In this document: positions 9,532-18,102 of the stretch, piece after piece
Position numbering within the stretch: the stretch's first letter is position 1
How the letters are laid out: each line of letters opens with the position of its first letter
From: Elusimicrobiota bacterium
GTDB taxonomy: Bacteria; Elusimicrobiota; Elusimicrobia; Elusimicrobiales; UBA9959
Direction: 5' to 3'
Assembly: GCA_012517285.1 (NCBI GenBank)
Contig: JAAYVG010000005.1
Coordinates: forward strand, 6,304 to 70,303
Length of the DNA: 64,000 nucleotides
The notes under the pieces: generated by a model
Seen by the model: the letters and a program-made list of their open reading frames with translations, nothing else
Told to the model about the DNA's origin: nothing
Database searches by the model: none
Translations under genes and position numbers: made by a program

Positions 9532-11052
9532 ATGAAGATTAAAAAGATTTTGATTCTATTATTAACTGCGGTATTCTGTACAACGAGCATTAATGCTGCA
9601 GTAAACAAATACAAGGTTTTTAAAAAAGCTAAGTATGTAGGAACGATGACATCCTATGAGGTGGATGATAATATATATTTTGATCTCAATGATATAACAA
9701 AACATCTCAATGCTAAAAAAAACATATACTCTGTTTCAAAAAAGATAGTCCTTTCCATTGGAAACAAAAAATTAAACATCTCAAGAGATATGGTTGATTT
9801 TGATGGTATTTCAACAGCAAATATTCCATCAGCGTTCATTTTGAGAGCTTCTAAATATTTCTTAAACAGTAATATCTTTTTATCTCCAACCTTCGCAAAG
9901 ATATTTGAGCTTAAGCTTGATCTCGATGATAAAAGCAGAACAATAAAAATATATGACGATATCAATATAACATCTGTAAAAAATTTTTCATACACGGAAA
10001 AAACAAGAATAGTTGTCTATATGACAAAAAAGCTTGATTATAAATTAGATACGGTTGGCAAAACACTTGTTTTGACAGTTTTCGATGGTTCTTATATTGT
10101 GCAGAATGATATCATTGATATAAATGATGGGAATGTAGAAAACATTAAAATGACTCAGGATCCAAATCTCTTCAAGCTTGTCATAGAGATGGGAGATAAT
10201 TTTGATGGATATGAGTCCTCTACACTTAAAGACCCTGATAGAATTGTCATAGATATAAAATCAAAACCTGCTACTGTGGAAAACAGAATAAGCGGTGTTA
10301 TATCACCATCAATCCCTGATGTGAGCGGATCTTCGTCATCATTTGTGCTTCCCGATAAACTTAAACCAAATGGTGATGAAAAAACTGTTGTGGTTATAGA
10401 CGCAGGTCATGGTGGAAAGGATCCGGGTGGTCGTGCTGTGTCAGGCAAAAAGGAAAAGCAGATAAATCTTGAGATAGCTAAAAAGCTTTATGATATATTA
10501 AAAAAGGATGATAAGTTTGAAGTCATCTTAACAAGAAGTAGCGATTACTTTATACCCCTTTATGAAAGAAGCAAGATAGCAAATGATGCCAAATGCGACC
10601 TTTTTATCTCCATTCATGCAAACGCTCACAAGGATAAAAATGTTAATGGCTATGAAATATACTTTCTTTCTGAGAAGGCAAGCGACCCTTGGGCAAACGA
10701 GGTTGCTGATTATGAGAACGCATCAATAAACTATGAAGAGGGCACTTTTGATTATGGTGGTGCTGCTATGGTGCTTCACTCTATGGCAAGAAATGAGTAT
10801 ATAAACGAGGGTTCAAAGTTAGCAGCCTATGTCTCAAGATATATGTCAAAGGACACGCCGTTCAACAATAATGGAATAAAGCAGGCAGCATTCTATGTTC
10901 TTAGAGGCACATATGCCCCAGGGATACTTGTTGAGGTTGGCTTTATGACCAATAAGAAGGATAAGAAGAATCTTGATAATCCTTCTGTTCAAGAAAAGGT
11001 TGCACGTTCAATTTATAAGGGAATTTTAGATTATGAAGACCAGAACAAATAA
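9532..11052 (+). CDS. N-acetylmuramoyl-L-alanine amidase (Amidase_3, AMIN-like N-terminal domains, signal peptide)
   Basis: VVIDAGHGGKDPG, EK.INL, FISIHANA and ILVEVGF zinc-amidase motifs; DPDRIVID AMIN motif. Confidence 0.95.
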   Translation: MKIKKILILLLTAVFCTTSINAAVNKYKVFKKAKYVGTMTSYEVDDNIYFDLNDITKHLNAKKNIYSVSKKIVLSIGNKKLNISRDMVDFDGISTANIPSAFILRASKYFLNSNIFLSPTFAKIFELKLDLDDKSRTIKIYDDINITSVKNFSYTEKTRIVVYMTKKLDYKLDTVGKTLVLTVFDGSYIVQNDIIDINDGNVENIKMTQDPNLFKLVIEMGDNFDGYESSTLKDPDRIVIDIKSKPATVENRISGVISPSIPDVSGSSSSFVLPDKLKPNGDEKTVVVIDAGHGGKDPGGRAVSGKKEKQINLEIAKKLYDILKKDDKFEVILTRSSDYFIPLYERSKIANDAKCDLFISIHANAHKDKNVNGYEIYFLSEKASDPWANEVADYENASINYEEGTFDYGGAAMVLHSMARNEYINEGSKLAAYVSRYMSKDTPFNNNGIKQAAFYVLRGTYAPGILVEVGFMTNKKDKKNLDNPSVQEKVARSIYKGILDYEDQNK

Positions 11053-11839
11053 CCCTCCAATAGGAATCTTTGACTCTGGGCTTGGAGGGCTTACAGTTTA
11101 CAGAGAGTTGAGGAAAATCCTACCATCAGAAAATATTATATATTTTGGTGATACTATGAGGGTTCCATATGGCAATAAATCGACAGAAAGCATAAAAATA
11201 TTTTCATCAGAGATTTCACAGTTTTTGCTATCGCTCGGTGTTAAGATGATAGTGGTGGCATGTAATACCGTATCATCAACATCACTTGACATAATAGAGA
11301 GCATAACAAAGCTTCCTGTTGTCGGAGTTATTGAGCCGGGTGTTAAGCTTGCTATTAAAAAGAGCAAAAATAAAAAAATAATAGTTATCGGCACAAGAGC
11401 AACTGTAAACAGCCACTCATATAAAAACAAGATAGAAGAAAATGATCCAACCATTGATGTCATAGAAAAGGCCTGTCCGCTTTTTGTTCCGATTGTTGAA
11501 GAAAACTTTGTAAATCACAAAGCATCGCTTTTGATTGCAGACGAGTATCTCGGTGAGTTTAAAAGCAAGGATTATGATACCATAATCCTTGGCTGTACCC
11601 ATTATCCACTTATTAAAAACTTGATAAAAAAGGTCTTGAGTGATATAAATATTATTGATTCGTCAAAGGCCTGTGCTGGTTATGTCAAAGACATACTCAC
11701 AAACAATAATATGCTTTCTAAAAATGATGGAGATGGCTGGACTGATTTCTATGTCAGTGATAAGCCACAGAACTTCATGGAGTTAGCATATAGATTGGCT
11801 GGTGTTAAAATATGTAAAATAAATATTAAAAGGTTTTAA
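11033..11839 (+). CDS. murI: Glutamate racemase
   Basis: IGIFDSGLGGLTV, VACNT and LGCTHYP motifs. Confidence 0.98.
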   Translation: MKTRTNNPPIGIFDSGLGGLTVYRELRKILPSENIIYFGDTMRVPYGNKSTESIKIFSSEISQFLLSLGVKMIVVACNTVSSTSLDIIESITKLPVVGVIEPGVKLAIKKSKNKKIIVIGTRATVNSHSYKNKIEENDPTIDVIEKACPLFVPIVEENFVNHKASLLIADEYLGEFKSKDYDTIILGCTHYPLIKNLIKKVLSDINIIDSSKACAGYVKDILTNNNMLSKNDGDGWTDFYVSDKPQNFMELAYRLAGVKICKINIKRF

Positions 11840-11850
11840 ACGGAGGTTAT

Positions 11851-12288
11851 ATGAAATCAAATCTTAAACTGTTGATTATGTTTTCAATGAGCTTTTTGCT
11901 TATCTCAGCATCGCCAAAGAAATCAAAAAGCGTAAAATCTGAAACTAAAAAGGCAGATACAACGGTTGTTTCTGTTTCATCAACTACTACAAACTCTGCT
12001 AATACATCTGATACCAGCTCTGGCTCATCATCCGATGATTTAAGTGGTGTTATGGTGGACAACCTTTCAGACGAAGATGTTTATGATACTACATCAGACA
12101 AACAATATGAGGCTGAAAATACTGAGGGAATACCATATTCTTATGGCGTCATAAAGGGAACAATAAACGTTGATGGCAAGAGCGTAGTCGTTATGGAGCA
12201 GGAGGATGGTGGCATAAATCTCATACAGATATACATTGATAAAGCTTCTGTTAAGTGGAAGCTGATAGGCCAGATCAAGCGAAGTTAA
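11851..12288 (+). CDS. Hypothetical secreted protein with Ser/Thr-rich linker
   Basis: Signal-peptide-like N-terminus, GGAGG RBS, co-directional within the operon. Confidence 0.7.
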   Translation: MKSNLKLLIMFSMSFLLISASPKKSKSVKSETKKADTTVVSVSSTTTNSANTSDTSSGSSSDDLSGVMVDNLSDEDVYDTTSDKQYEAENTEGIPYSYGVIKGTINVDGKSVVVMEQEDGGINLIQIYIDKASVKWKLIGQIKRS

Positions 12289-12307
12289 AAGGTGATGAGG
12301 AGGATAT

Positions 12308-12496
12308 ATGAAGAGAAAGGATTTGATAAGATATCTAAACAAGGAGGGATGCATCCTTGTCAGGGAGGGCGGAAAATACTCAGTTTTTCTCAATCCAAAG
12401 ACAAACAAGGAAGTCCCTGTCACAAGACACAATGAAATAGCAGACTTTGCTGCAAAAAAAATATTCAAGGAGCTTGGAATAAATCCACCTGAATGA
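12308..12496 (+). CDS. hicA: HicA-family (type II toxin-like) protein, orphan, catalytic His replaced by Tyr
   Basis: MKRKDLIRYL..EGC.LVREGGK-Y-S...NP..NKEVPVTRH.EI matches the HicA pattern; strong GAGGAGG RBS. Confidence 0.85.
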   Translation: MKRKDLIRYLNKEGCILVREGGKYSVFLNPKTNKEVPVTRHNEIADFAAKKIFKELGINPPE

Positions 12497-12900
12497 GAAA
12501 GTCATTTCTGATTTTTTTATTATCACTATCATCGTGTCATACGATGAACATAGATGTTATAAAGACAGGTCGTTATTTTTCACCCAAAAAATACACCGAT
12601 ATAGACCTTTATCCGAATAGCAAAAGTGTTAAGCGACAGTTTGGTGGTATTGCAATATTTAAAAGCGATAGATTTGATTGCAGCGTTGAAAAACAAGAAT
12701 CCCTTCTTTTAAAGGCTAAGAAGATGGCAGCTGATATCGGTGCCAATGGAATGATATACTACTTTGACTATGGTGAAAAAGACCCATATGCCAAACCTGA
12801 GGAAAAGTGTTTTTTATCTGCTGTTGCTATTAAATACCTTGATGATGAGGTTGAAGAGTTTTTAAAGAACAACCAGCCATCTGATACAGTCTCTCAGTGA
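12493..12900 (+). CDS. Hypothetical lipoprotein
   Basis: Lipobox LSSC; KAKKMAADIGANGMI resembles YbjQ-like folds. Confidence 0.7.
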   Translation: MRKSFLIFLLSLSSCHTMNIDVIKTGRYFSPKKYTDIDLYPNSKSVKRQFGGIAIFKSDRFDCSVEKQESLLLKAKKMAADIGANGMIYYFDYGEKDPYAKPEEKCFLSAVAIKYLDDEVEEFLKNNQPSDTVSQ

Positions 12901-12939
12901 TCAGAATTTTTGTCTTCTCCCGCCAACAATTTTTTATTC

Positions 12940-12969
12940 TTGACAGAATTAATAAAAATTTAATAGAAT
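12940..12969 (+). promoter_or_regulatory. Sigma70-type promoter of the outer-membrane protein gene
   Basis: TTGACA (12940-12945), 18-bp spacer, TAGAAT (12964-12969). Confidence 0.65.
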
Positions 12970-13020
12970 TTTAATATAGCCTCTAACGGGGCTAATATAA
13001 CCTTAATAAGGAGGGTTCAG

Positions 13021-14259
13021 ATGAAAAGACTTATAGCAGTATTAGCGGCAGTGACAGTTATGTCATCAATTGCCAGTGCCGAGTTGCTTAAAAACTTCAA
13101 GTATGACGGTTCTTTAGAAGTAAACGCCTATAATGTTGACAATGCCATAGACTTTGACAGCGACACAGATGATAAAAATGGCAAGGTTGACACAAGGCTT
13201 ATATTGAACATGGGTTTTGACCTAAACGATGATGCAAACGCTGTTGTTACCCTTACAAAGAATGACAGACAGTGGGGAACTGGTTCCCAGAATGGAGACA
13301 ACATTCAGACCAATGTTTGGGTCGATCAGGCTTATTTAAACCTCAAGGGAGTTATGGGTCTTGATCACAGGGTTGGAAGGCAGTTCTATGGAAATCCTGG
13401 GGATCTTGTCATTTATTACGGACCAAAAATGTGGCCTTATCAGACAAACATTGGTGCGATAAGTGCCATAGATGCATGGGTTGGAAGCTACAAATATAAT
13501 GACTGGGAGTTTACAGGATTGATGGGAAAACAGTCTGATATTGGTGCTACTATGGGTATAAACTTGAGTGGTATTGATGTTAAAACAAAGCTTGCTGGCT
13601 TTGACCTTAATGCATATTATTACTATCAATCTAACAATATAGTTGATTCTCATTTAGGTTTGATCGGTTTAAGAGCAGGCTATGACATGAGCAAGTTTGT
13701 TAATGGCTTAAGCCTCTCTGGCGAGTATGATGCAAACAATGGCAGCAATAATACAACCAATAAGGATTATAAGGGTTCTGCATACAAGTTAAATGCTTAT
13801 TACTCTATGAGCTTAGCCGGAAAGTTAGGCCTTAAAGCAGAGTATGCTTATCTCTCAGGTCAGGATACTTCATCTGATAATAAGGTGTTTACGCCAATCA
13901 ATGGGGATTATAGACCTGGTATAATAGCAAATGGCTATGGTACAAGCGGTGTTTACCTTGGGGCAGTCGGAACAGGCAATAAAGTTTTATCATTAGGTGC
14001 AAACTGGACACCATCAGCAATTGAGAAGTTAAACATTGCAGTTGACTATGTTAACCTTAAGGTTGCAGAAGAAAATGCAGGTATGAATGATACCATTGGA
14101 AATGAGTTTGACTTAACATTGACATGGACGCATTCAGACAAGCTCTCATTAAAGGGCTACTATGCATTCTTATCACCTGATGAGGACAATGCAAAAGCAA
14201 TACTTGGAAAGGATGATGCTGAAACAATGTTAGGCGCAGCGTTTGTTGTAAAGTTCTAA
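13021..14259 (+). CDS. Outer-membrane beta-barrel protein (porin / alginate-export-like)
   Basis: Signal peptide ending ASA, amphipathic beta strands, RVGRQ and GNEFDL motifs, C-terminal Phe; own promoter and terminator. Confidence 0.85.
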   Translation: MKRLIAVLAAVTVMSSIASAELLKNFKYDGSLEVNAYNVDNAIDFDSDTDDKNGKVDTRLILNMGFDLNDDANAVVTLTKNDRQWGTGSQNGDNIQTNVWVDQAYLNLKGVMGLDHRVGRQFYGNPGDLVIYYGPKMWPYQTNIGAISAIDAWVGSYKYNDWEFTGLMGKQSDIGATMGINLSGIDVKTKLAGFDLNAYYYYQSNNIVDSHLGLIGLRAGYDMSKFVNGLSLSGEYDANNGSNNTTNKDYKGSAYKLNAYYSMSLAGKLGLKAEYAYLSGQDTSSDNKVFTPINGDYRPGIIANGYGTSGVYLGAVGTGNKVLSLGANWTPSAIEKLNIAVDYVNLKVAEENAGMNDTIGNEFDLTLTWTHSDKLSLKGYYAFLSPDEDNAKAILGKDDAETMLGAAFVVKF

Positions 14260-14287
14260 TTAAAAAATTAGATAATAAAAACACTAC

Positions 14288-14319
14288 GAACCCCGCACCC
14301 TGTGCGGGGTTCTTTTTTT
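14288..14319 (+). terminator. Rho-independent terminator
   Basis: GAACCCCGCAC-cct-GTGCGGGGTTC perfect 11-bp stem followed by T7. Confidence 0.93.
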
Positions 14320-14334
14320 CATCGAATTACTCAT

Positions 14335-14431
14335 CAACCGCGTAGGTTGGGTAAACTGAAAAAAACTAAATTAGTGCTTGAAATTCAATCTTTTATCTGC
14401 TAAAATATAAAAAACCCAACCTACGCGGTTG
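14335..14431. repeat. Inverted pair of REP-like hairpins upstream of RAYT
   Basis: CAACCGCGTAGGTTGGGT (14335-14352) and its exact reverse complement ACCCAACCTACGCGGTTG (14414-14431); each contains the hairpin CAACC-N5-GGTTG. Confidence 0.85.
14378..14406 (+). promoter_or_regulatory. Putative sigma70 promoter of the RAYT gene
   Basis: TTGAAA (14378-14383), 17-bp spacer, TAAAAT (14401-14406) preceded by TGn extended -10. Confidence 0.6.
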
Positions 14432-14439
14432 GAAGGATT

Positions 14440-15075
14440 ATGATTTATCATATAATGAATAAAAGTATTGAGGGTTACAAAATATTTATAGATGATGCTG
14501 ATTCTAAAAGATTTATTAAAGCAATGATTTATTATTCTTATCAAAGATCCATAAAAATACCATTTAAAGAGTATTTAAAAATTATAAGCGAAAAAGAAGG
14601 GAAAAGTGGTATTAATAAGATAATTAGTTTTGCTCCTTTAATTAATATAATCTGTTATGTTGTTATGCCAAACCATTTTCATATATTATTGGATGATTTT
14701 AAAAATAATTATCTATCAAAATATTGCAACAACCTCTTAGATAGCTATACTAGATATTTTAATGTTAAATATCAGAGAAAAGGACCGCTATGGCAGTCGA
14801 GGTTTAAGAGGATCCCTGTAGAAAAAGATCAGTATTTTATACACCTAACAAGATATATACATCTTAATCCTGTGACAGCATTTCTTGTTGATTCCCCAAA
14901 TATTTGGGAGTTTTCCTCATACAACGAATATCTGAGTGGGAAGGAAAACATATGTAATTATTTGAATTATTTTCCTGATAAATATAACTTTAAAAAGAGT
15001 TATGCAGAGTTTGTTAATGATAGAATTGATTATCAGAGAAAGTTGGCTGAAATTAAGCATATGATCTTTGATTGA
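14440..15075 (+). CDS. REP-associated tyrosine transposase (RAYT; Y1/HUH, IS200-like superfamily)
   Basis: YHI at the N-terminus, HUH motif MPNHFHIL, LWQSRF, catalytic-Tyr motif YIHLNPV, W.FSSY. Confidence 0.92.
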   Translation: MIYHIMNKSIEGYKIFIDDADSKRFIKAMIYYSYQRSIKIPFKEYLKIISEKEGKSGINKIISFAPLINIICYVVMPNHFHILLDDFKNNYLSKYCNNLLDSYTRYFNVKYQRKGPLWQSRFKRIPVEKDQYFIHLTRYIHLNPVTAFLVDSPNIWEFSSYNEYLSGKENICNYLNYFPDKYNFKKSYAEFVNDRIDYQRKLAEIKHMIFD

Positions 15076-15164
15076 TACCTTTTTTCTATTTTTTAATCTA
15101 TAAATTTTAAATTTAAAGCATTTTCTAATATAAGAATGATACTGAAATAAAGTAATTAAATTGC

Positions 15165-15331
15165 TCAATTAGCATTAAGTGAATAATACTTTAACCGTTT
15201 AAGCGTTTCTTCTATCCAGTTATACTTGCTTAGACGATTGGCTCCTTTAAACCTAATAGGAGCGGTTGATTCTAAAAACAAACAAATCTCTTCTACGCTT
15301 TTAAGATTCCAATCACCATTATTATTGTCAT
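15165..15331 (-). pseudogene. Truncated, frameshifted 5' fragment of an rve-type integrase/transposase
   Basis: ATG at 15331 gives MTIIM; restoring one base joins it to DWNLKSVEEICLFLES...F...KYNWIEETLKRLKYYSL, which resembles the N-terminus of a widespread IS integrase family (recognised from memory). It ends after about 55 codons. Confidence 0.6.
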
Positions 15332-15396
15332 GACTCAAATTATAACGCTTTTGCCAAAACCTTTTAAAGAGCATTATTACCTAAACCTTACTACTA

Positions 15397-15494
15397 TTTT
15401 CAGGCTCATTTATGTTAGAAACAACATAAATTTCAGGCTCATCTCCTGCCTACGCCGAAGCGGCTTCGGCAGGCAGGCCTGTGACGAAACAGCT
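15397..15494. repeat. Direct subterminal repeats (TTTCAGGCTCAT...GAAACA) of the IS remnant end
   Basis: TTTCAGGCTCAT at 15398-15409 and 15431-15442, each followed by GAAACA; the second is interrupted by the 33-bp palindrome. Confidence 0.65.
15445..15477. repeat. 33-bp bulged palindrome, copy 2
   Basis: CCTGCCT-AC-GCCGAAG-CGG-CTTCGGC-AGGCAGG. Confidence 0.95.
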
Positions 15495-15611
15495 TCGCCA
15501 TGCTGGTTCTATTGGATAATTCTAACTATTGATTTATGATTTGATAAAATTGTATAATATTAATGATTGGGGATTATGTAAATAAAGCCCCATAGTAAAA
15601 AGAGAGGGAAA

Positions 15612-16478
15612 ATGAGTGAAAGTTCAGGGAAAATAGGGCCAAATCAAGAGCCAGATTACAGTTCTAAGTCGCTGCCAGATGGGTATGGAAATACTGAGGC
15701 AGCTCTTCTTCCGAGAGATCCTTACTGGATGTTTGTTTACTGGGAGGTTTGTGAAAAGACCAAAAATAATTTGATATCTCAGATTGGTAAGGATACTTTT
15801 GATAAGTCAAGAAGTGTGATAAGAGTTTATGAGGTTGTGGAAGGAGATAACACGGGTAAGTATTTTGATGTACCTGTTATAATGGATGCAAAAAACTGGT
15901 ATATCAATGTAAGTGAATGTGGAAAAACATATCTGTGTGAGCTTGGACTTGTAACTCCGGATGGGAAATTTATAGGCATAGTTAAAACAAACAAGGTTTC
16001 ATTGCCACGTTCAGGTGTTTCTGATGTTATTGATGAAAAATGGATGAGCGTCAATCAAGAGTTTGAAAAACTTTTGCAGATATCAGGTGTTGAATACATC
16101 GGTAAGGGTTCGCTTGATATAGCAAAATCACTTGCACAGAGATGGGAGATGCTCAGATCTGTGTTTTCAAGGGTAACATCTTTTGGTGTATCATCTTTTT
16201 CATCACAGTCGCTTTTTAGAGAACAGCCAAGGGAATCCAAGGATTTCTGGCTTGTTGCTGATTGTGAGCTTGTGGTTTACGGAGCAACTCAGAGCGATGC
16301 AAAGCTTTATATAGGGGAGAGAGAGATAAAACTAAATCCTGATGGAACATTTGCAACAAGATTTGCTCTTTCTGAGGGACAGACAAATATACCAATAAAT
16401 GCAGTTTCAAAAGACGGGGATATGAAGAGGGGAATAACTATAAGGGTAAAGAGAGAAACAGAAAAAAATGACAAATAA
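15612..16478 (+). CDS. DUF4912 domain-containing protein
   Basis: LPDGYG...LLPRDPYWMFVYWE and FWLVADCELVVYGAT...DGTF signatures; coupled to the GH57 gene. Confidence 0.88.
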   Translation: MSESSGKIGPNQEPDYSSKSLPDGYGNTEAALLPRDPYWMFVYWEVCEKTKNNLISQIGKDTFDKSRSVIRVYEVVEGDNTGKYFDVPVIMDAKNWYINVSECGKTYLCELGLVTPDGKFIGIVKTNKVSLPRSGVSDVIDEKWMSVNQEFEKLLQISGVEYIGKGSLDIAKSLAQRWEMLRSVFSRVTSFGVSSFSSQSLFREQPRESKDFWLVADCELVVYGATQSDAKLYIGEREIKLNPDGTFATRFALSEGQTNIPINAVSKDGDMKRGITIRVKRETEKNDK

Positions 16479-18078
16479 TGAATTAGGCTATTTCTGCCTT
16501 GTTCTTCATGACCATCTTCCATTTGTAAGGCATCCTGAGTATCCTGATTTTTTGGAAGAAGACTGGTTTTTTGAAGCAATGAGTGAGACTTATATACCCC
16601 TTCTTGATGTATATGAAAGGCTTTCATCAGAAGGTGTTGATTTTCGTGTTACGATGTCGTTGACACCACCGCTCTGTAATATGATGAGCGATCCTCTTTT
16701 GAATGATAGATTTAAAAATTATATATATAAGAGAATTGAGCTCATTGGAAAAGAGGTTATAAGGACTCAGAACACTCCTTTCTATAAAGTTGCACTTATG
16801 TATCAGGAGAAGTTGAACAGGATAAGACAGCTTTATGAGGATTATTACCATGGCAATGTGTTGAATGGATTTAAAAAGTTTCAGCAGATGGGAAAGATTG
16901 AGATAATAACCTGCTGTGCAACGCATGGATTTTTACCACTTCAGCTTAGAAAGGAAGCAGTCAATGCTCAGATAAAAATAGCAACTGATGATTATACAGA
17001 AAAGTTTGGAGTTATGCCGCGTGGTATATGGCTTGCAGAATGTGCCTATAACCCAGGCGATGATAACTTCCTTAAAGATTATGGAATAAGATTTTTCTTT
17101 CTCGAAACGCATGGCATACTTTACGGAACACCGAGACCAAGATTTGGGGTTTATGCCCCAGTGTATTGTCCAAGTGGTGTAGCAGCTTTTTCAAGAGATA
17201 TGGAGAGTGCTCATCAGGTTTGGAGTGCGGAGATGGGTTATCCGGGTGATCACAGATATAGGGAGTTTTATAGGGATCTTGGATATGATCTTGATTATGA
17301 ATATATAAAACCATATTTACACTCTGATGGGGTGAGAAGAAACATTGGAATAAAGTACCATAAGATAACAGGCAAGGTATCACTCAGTGATAAGCAGCCG
17401 TACAATCCTGATGATGCAAGAGAGATAGCAGCTGCTCATGCTGGTAATTTTATGTTTAATAGAGAAAGGCAGATTGAATACCTTAACAGCTTTTTAGGAA
17501 GAAAGCCTATAATAGTTTCAATGTATGATGCGGAGCTTTTTGGCCACTGGTGGTATGAGGGTCCGATGTTCTTAGAATATTTCTTCAGAAAGGTTTACTA
17601 CGATCAGAAGACAATAAAGCTTATAACACCAATGGAGTATCTTGCGATGTATCCTGATAATCAGGTGGTTCAACCCTCTATGTCAAGCTGGGGAGATAAG
17701 GGATACAACGAGGTATGGCTTAACGGTTCTAATGACTGGATTTATAGACATCTTCACAAAGCAACTGATAGGATGATAGATATAGCTAATAAATATTATT
17801 CAACAACTGATAGCAGAACTGATAGGGTTTTAAAGCAGTGTGCGAGGGAGATAGTATTAGCTACAAGCTCTGACTGGCCTTTTCTTATGACTGTTGGGAC
17901 AGCAAAAACCTATTCCACGAGAAGGTTTGTTATGCATATACAGAGGTTTACAAAGCTCTGGGAAATGCTTGACAACAATAATATTGATGAGGGTTTTCTT
18001 AGCGATGTTGAGTGGAGGGATAATATATTCCCGCACATTGACTGGAGATCCTTTTCATCCAACGCATTGAAGCATTGA
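16468..18078 (+). CDS. GH57 1,4-alpha-glucan branching enzyme (DUF1957 domain)
   Basis: LVLHDHLPFVRHP, ETYIPL, THGFLP, GIWLAEC (nucleophile), YDAELFGHWWYEG and SSDWPF motifs. Confidence 0.93.
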   Translation: MTNNELGYFCLVLHDHLPFVRHPEYPDFLEEDWFFEAMSETYIPLLDVYERLSSEGVDFRVTMSLTPPLCNMMSDPLLNDRFKNYIYKRIELIGKEVIRTQNTPFYKVALMYQEKLNRIRQLYEDYYHGNVLNGFKKFQQMGKIEIITCCATHGFLPLQLRKEAVNAQIKIATDDYTEKFGVMPRGIWLAECAYNPGDDNFLKDYGIRFFFLETHGILYGTPRPRFGVYAPVYCPSGVAAFSRDMESAHQVWSAEMGYPGDHRYREFYRDLGYDLDYEYIKPYLHSDGVRRNIGIKYHKITGKVSLSDKQPYNPDDAREIAAAHAGNFMFNRERQIEYLNSFLGRKPIIVSMYDAELFGHWWYEGPMFLEYFFRKVYYDQKTIKLITPMEYLAMYPDNQVVQPSMSSWGDKGYNEVWLNGSNDWIYRHLHKATDRMIDIANKYYSTTDSRTDRVLKQCAREIVLATSSDWPFLMTVGTAKTYSTRRFVMHIQRFTKLWEMLDNNNIDEGFLSDVEWRDNIFPHIDWRSFSSNALKH

Positions 18079-18102
18079 CAATTTCTAATCACAGTTTTTT
18101 CA

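Noticed and set aside
12094-12468. Minus-strand 124-aa ORF as a possible HicB antitoxin
   Set aside because: It is antisense to two plus-strand genes and has no HicB features.
14440-15075. IS200/IS605 element with TnpB
   Set aside because: There is no tnpB, and the length and the YIHLNPV and SSY motifs fit RAYT rather than a ~150-aa IS200 TnpA.
15332-15374. Start of the 69-aa ORF at 15374 as an intact small gene
   Set aside because: It is better explained as a frameshifted integrase fragment starting at 15331; the leader looks incidental.
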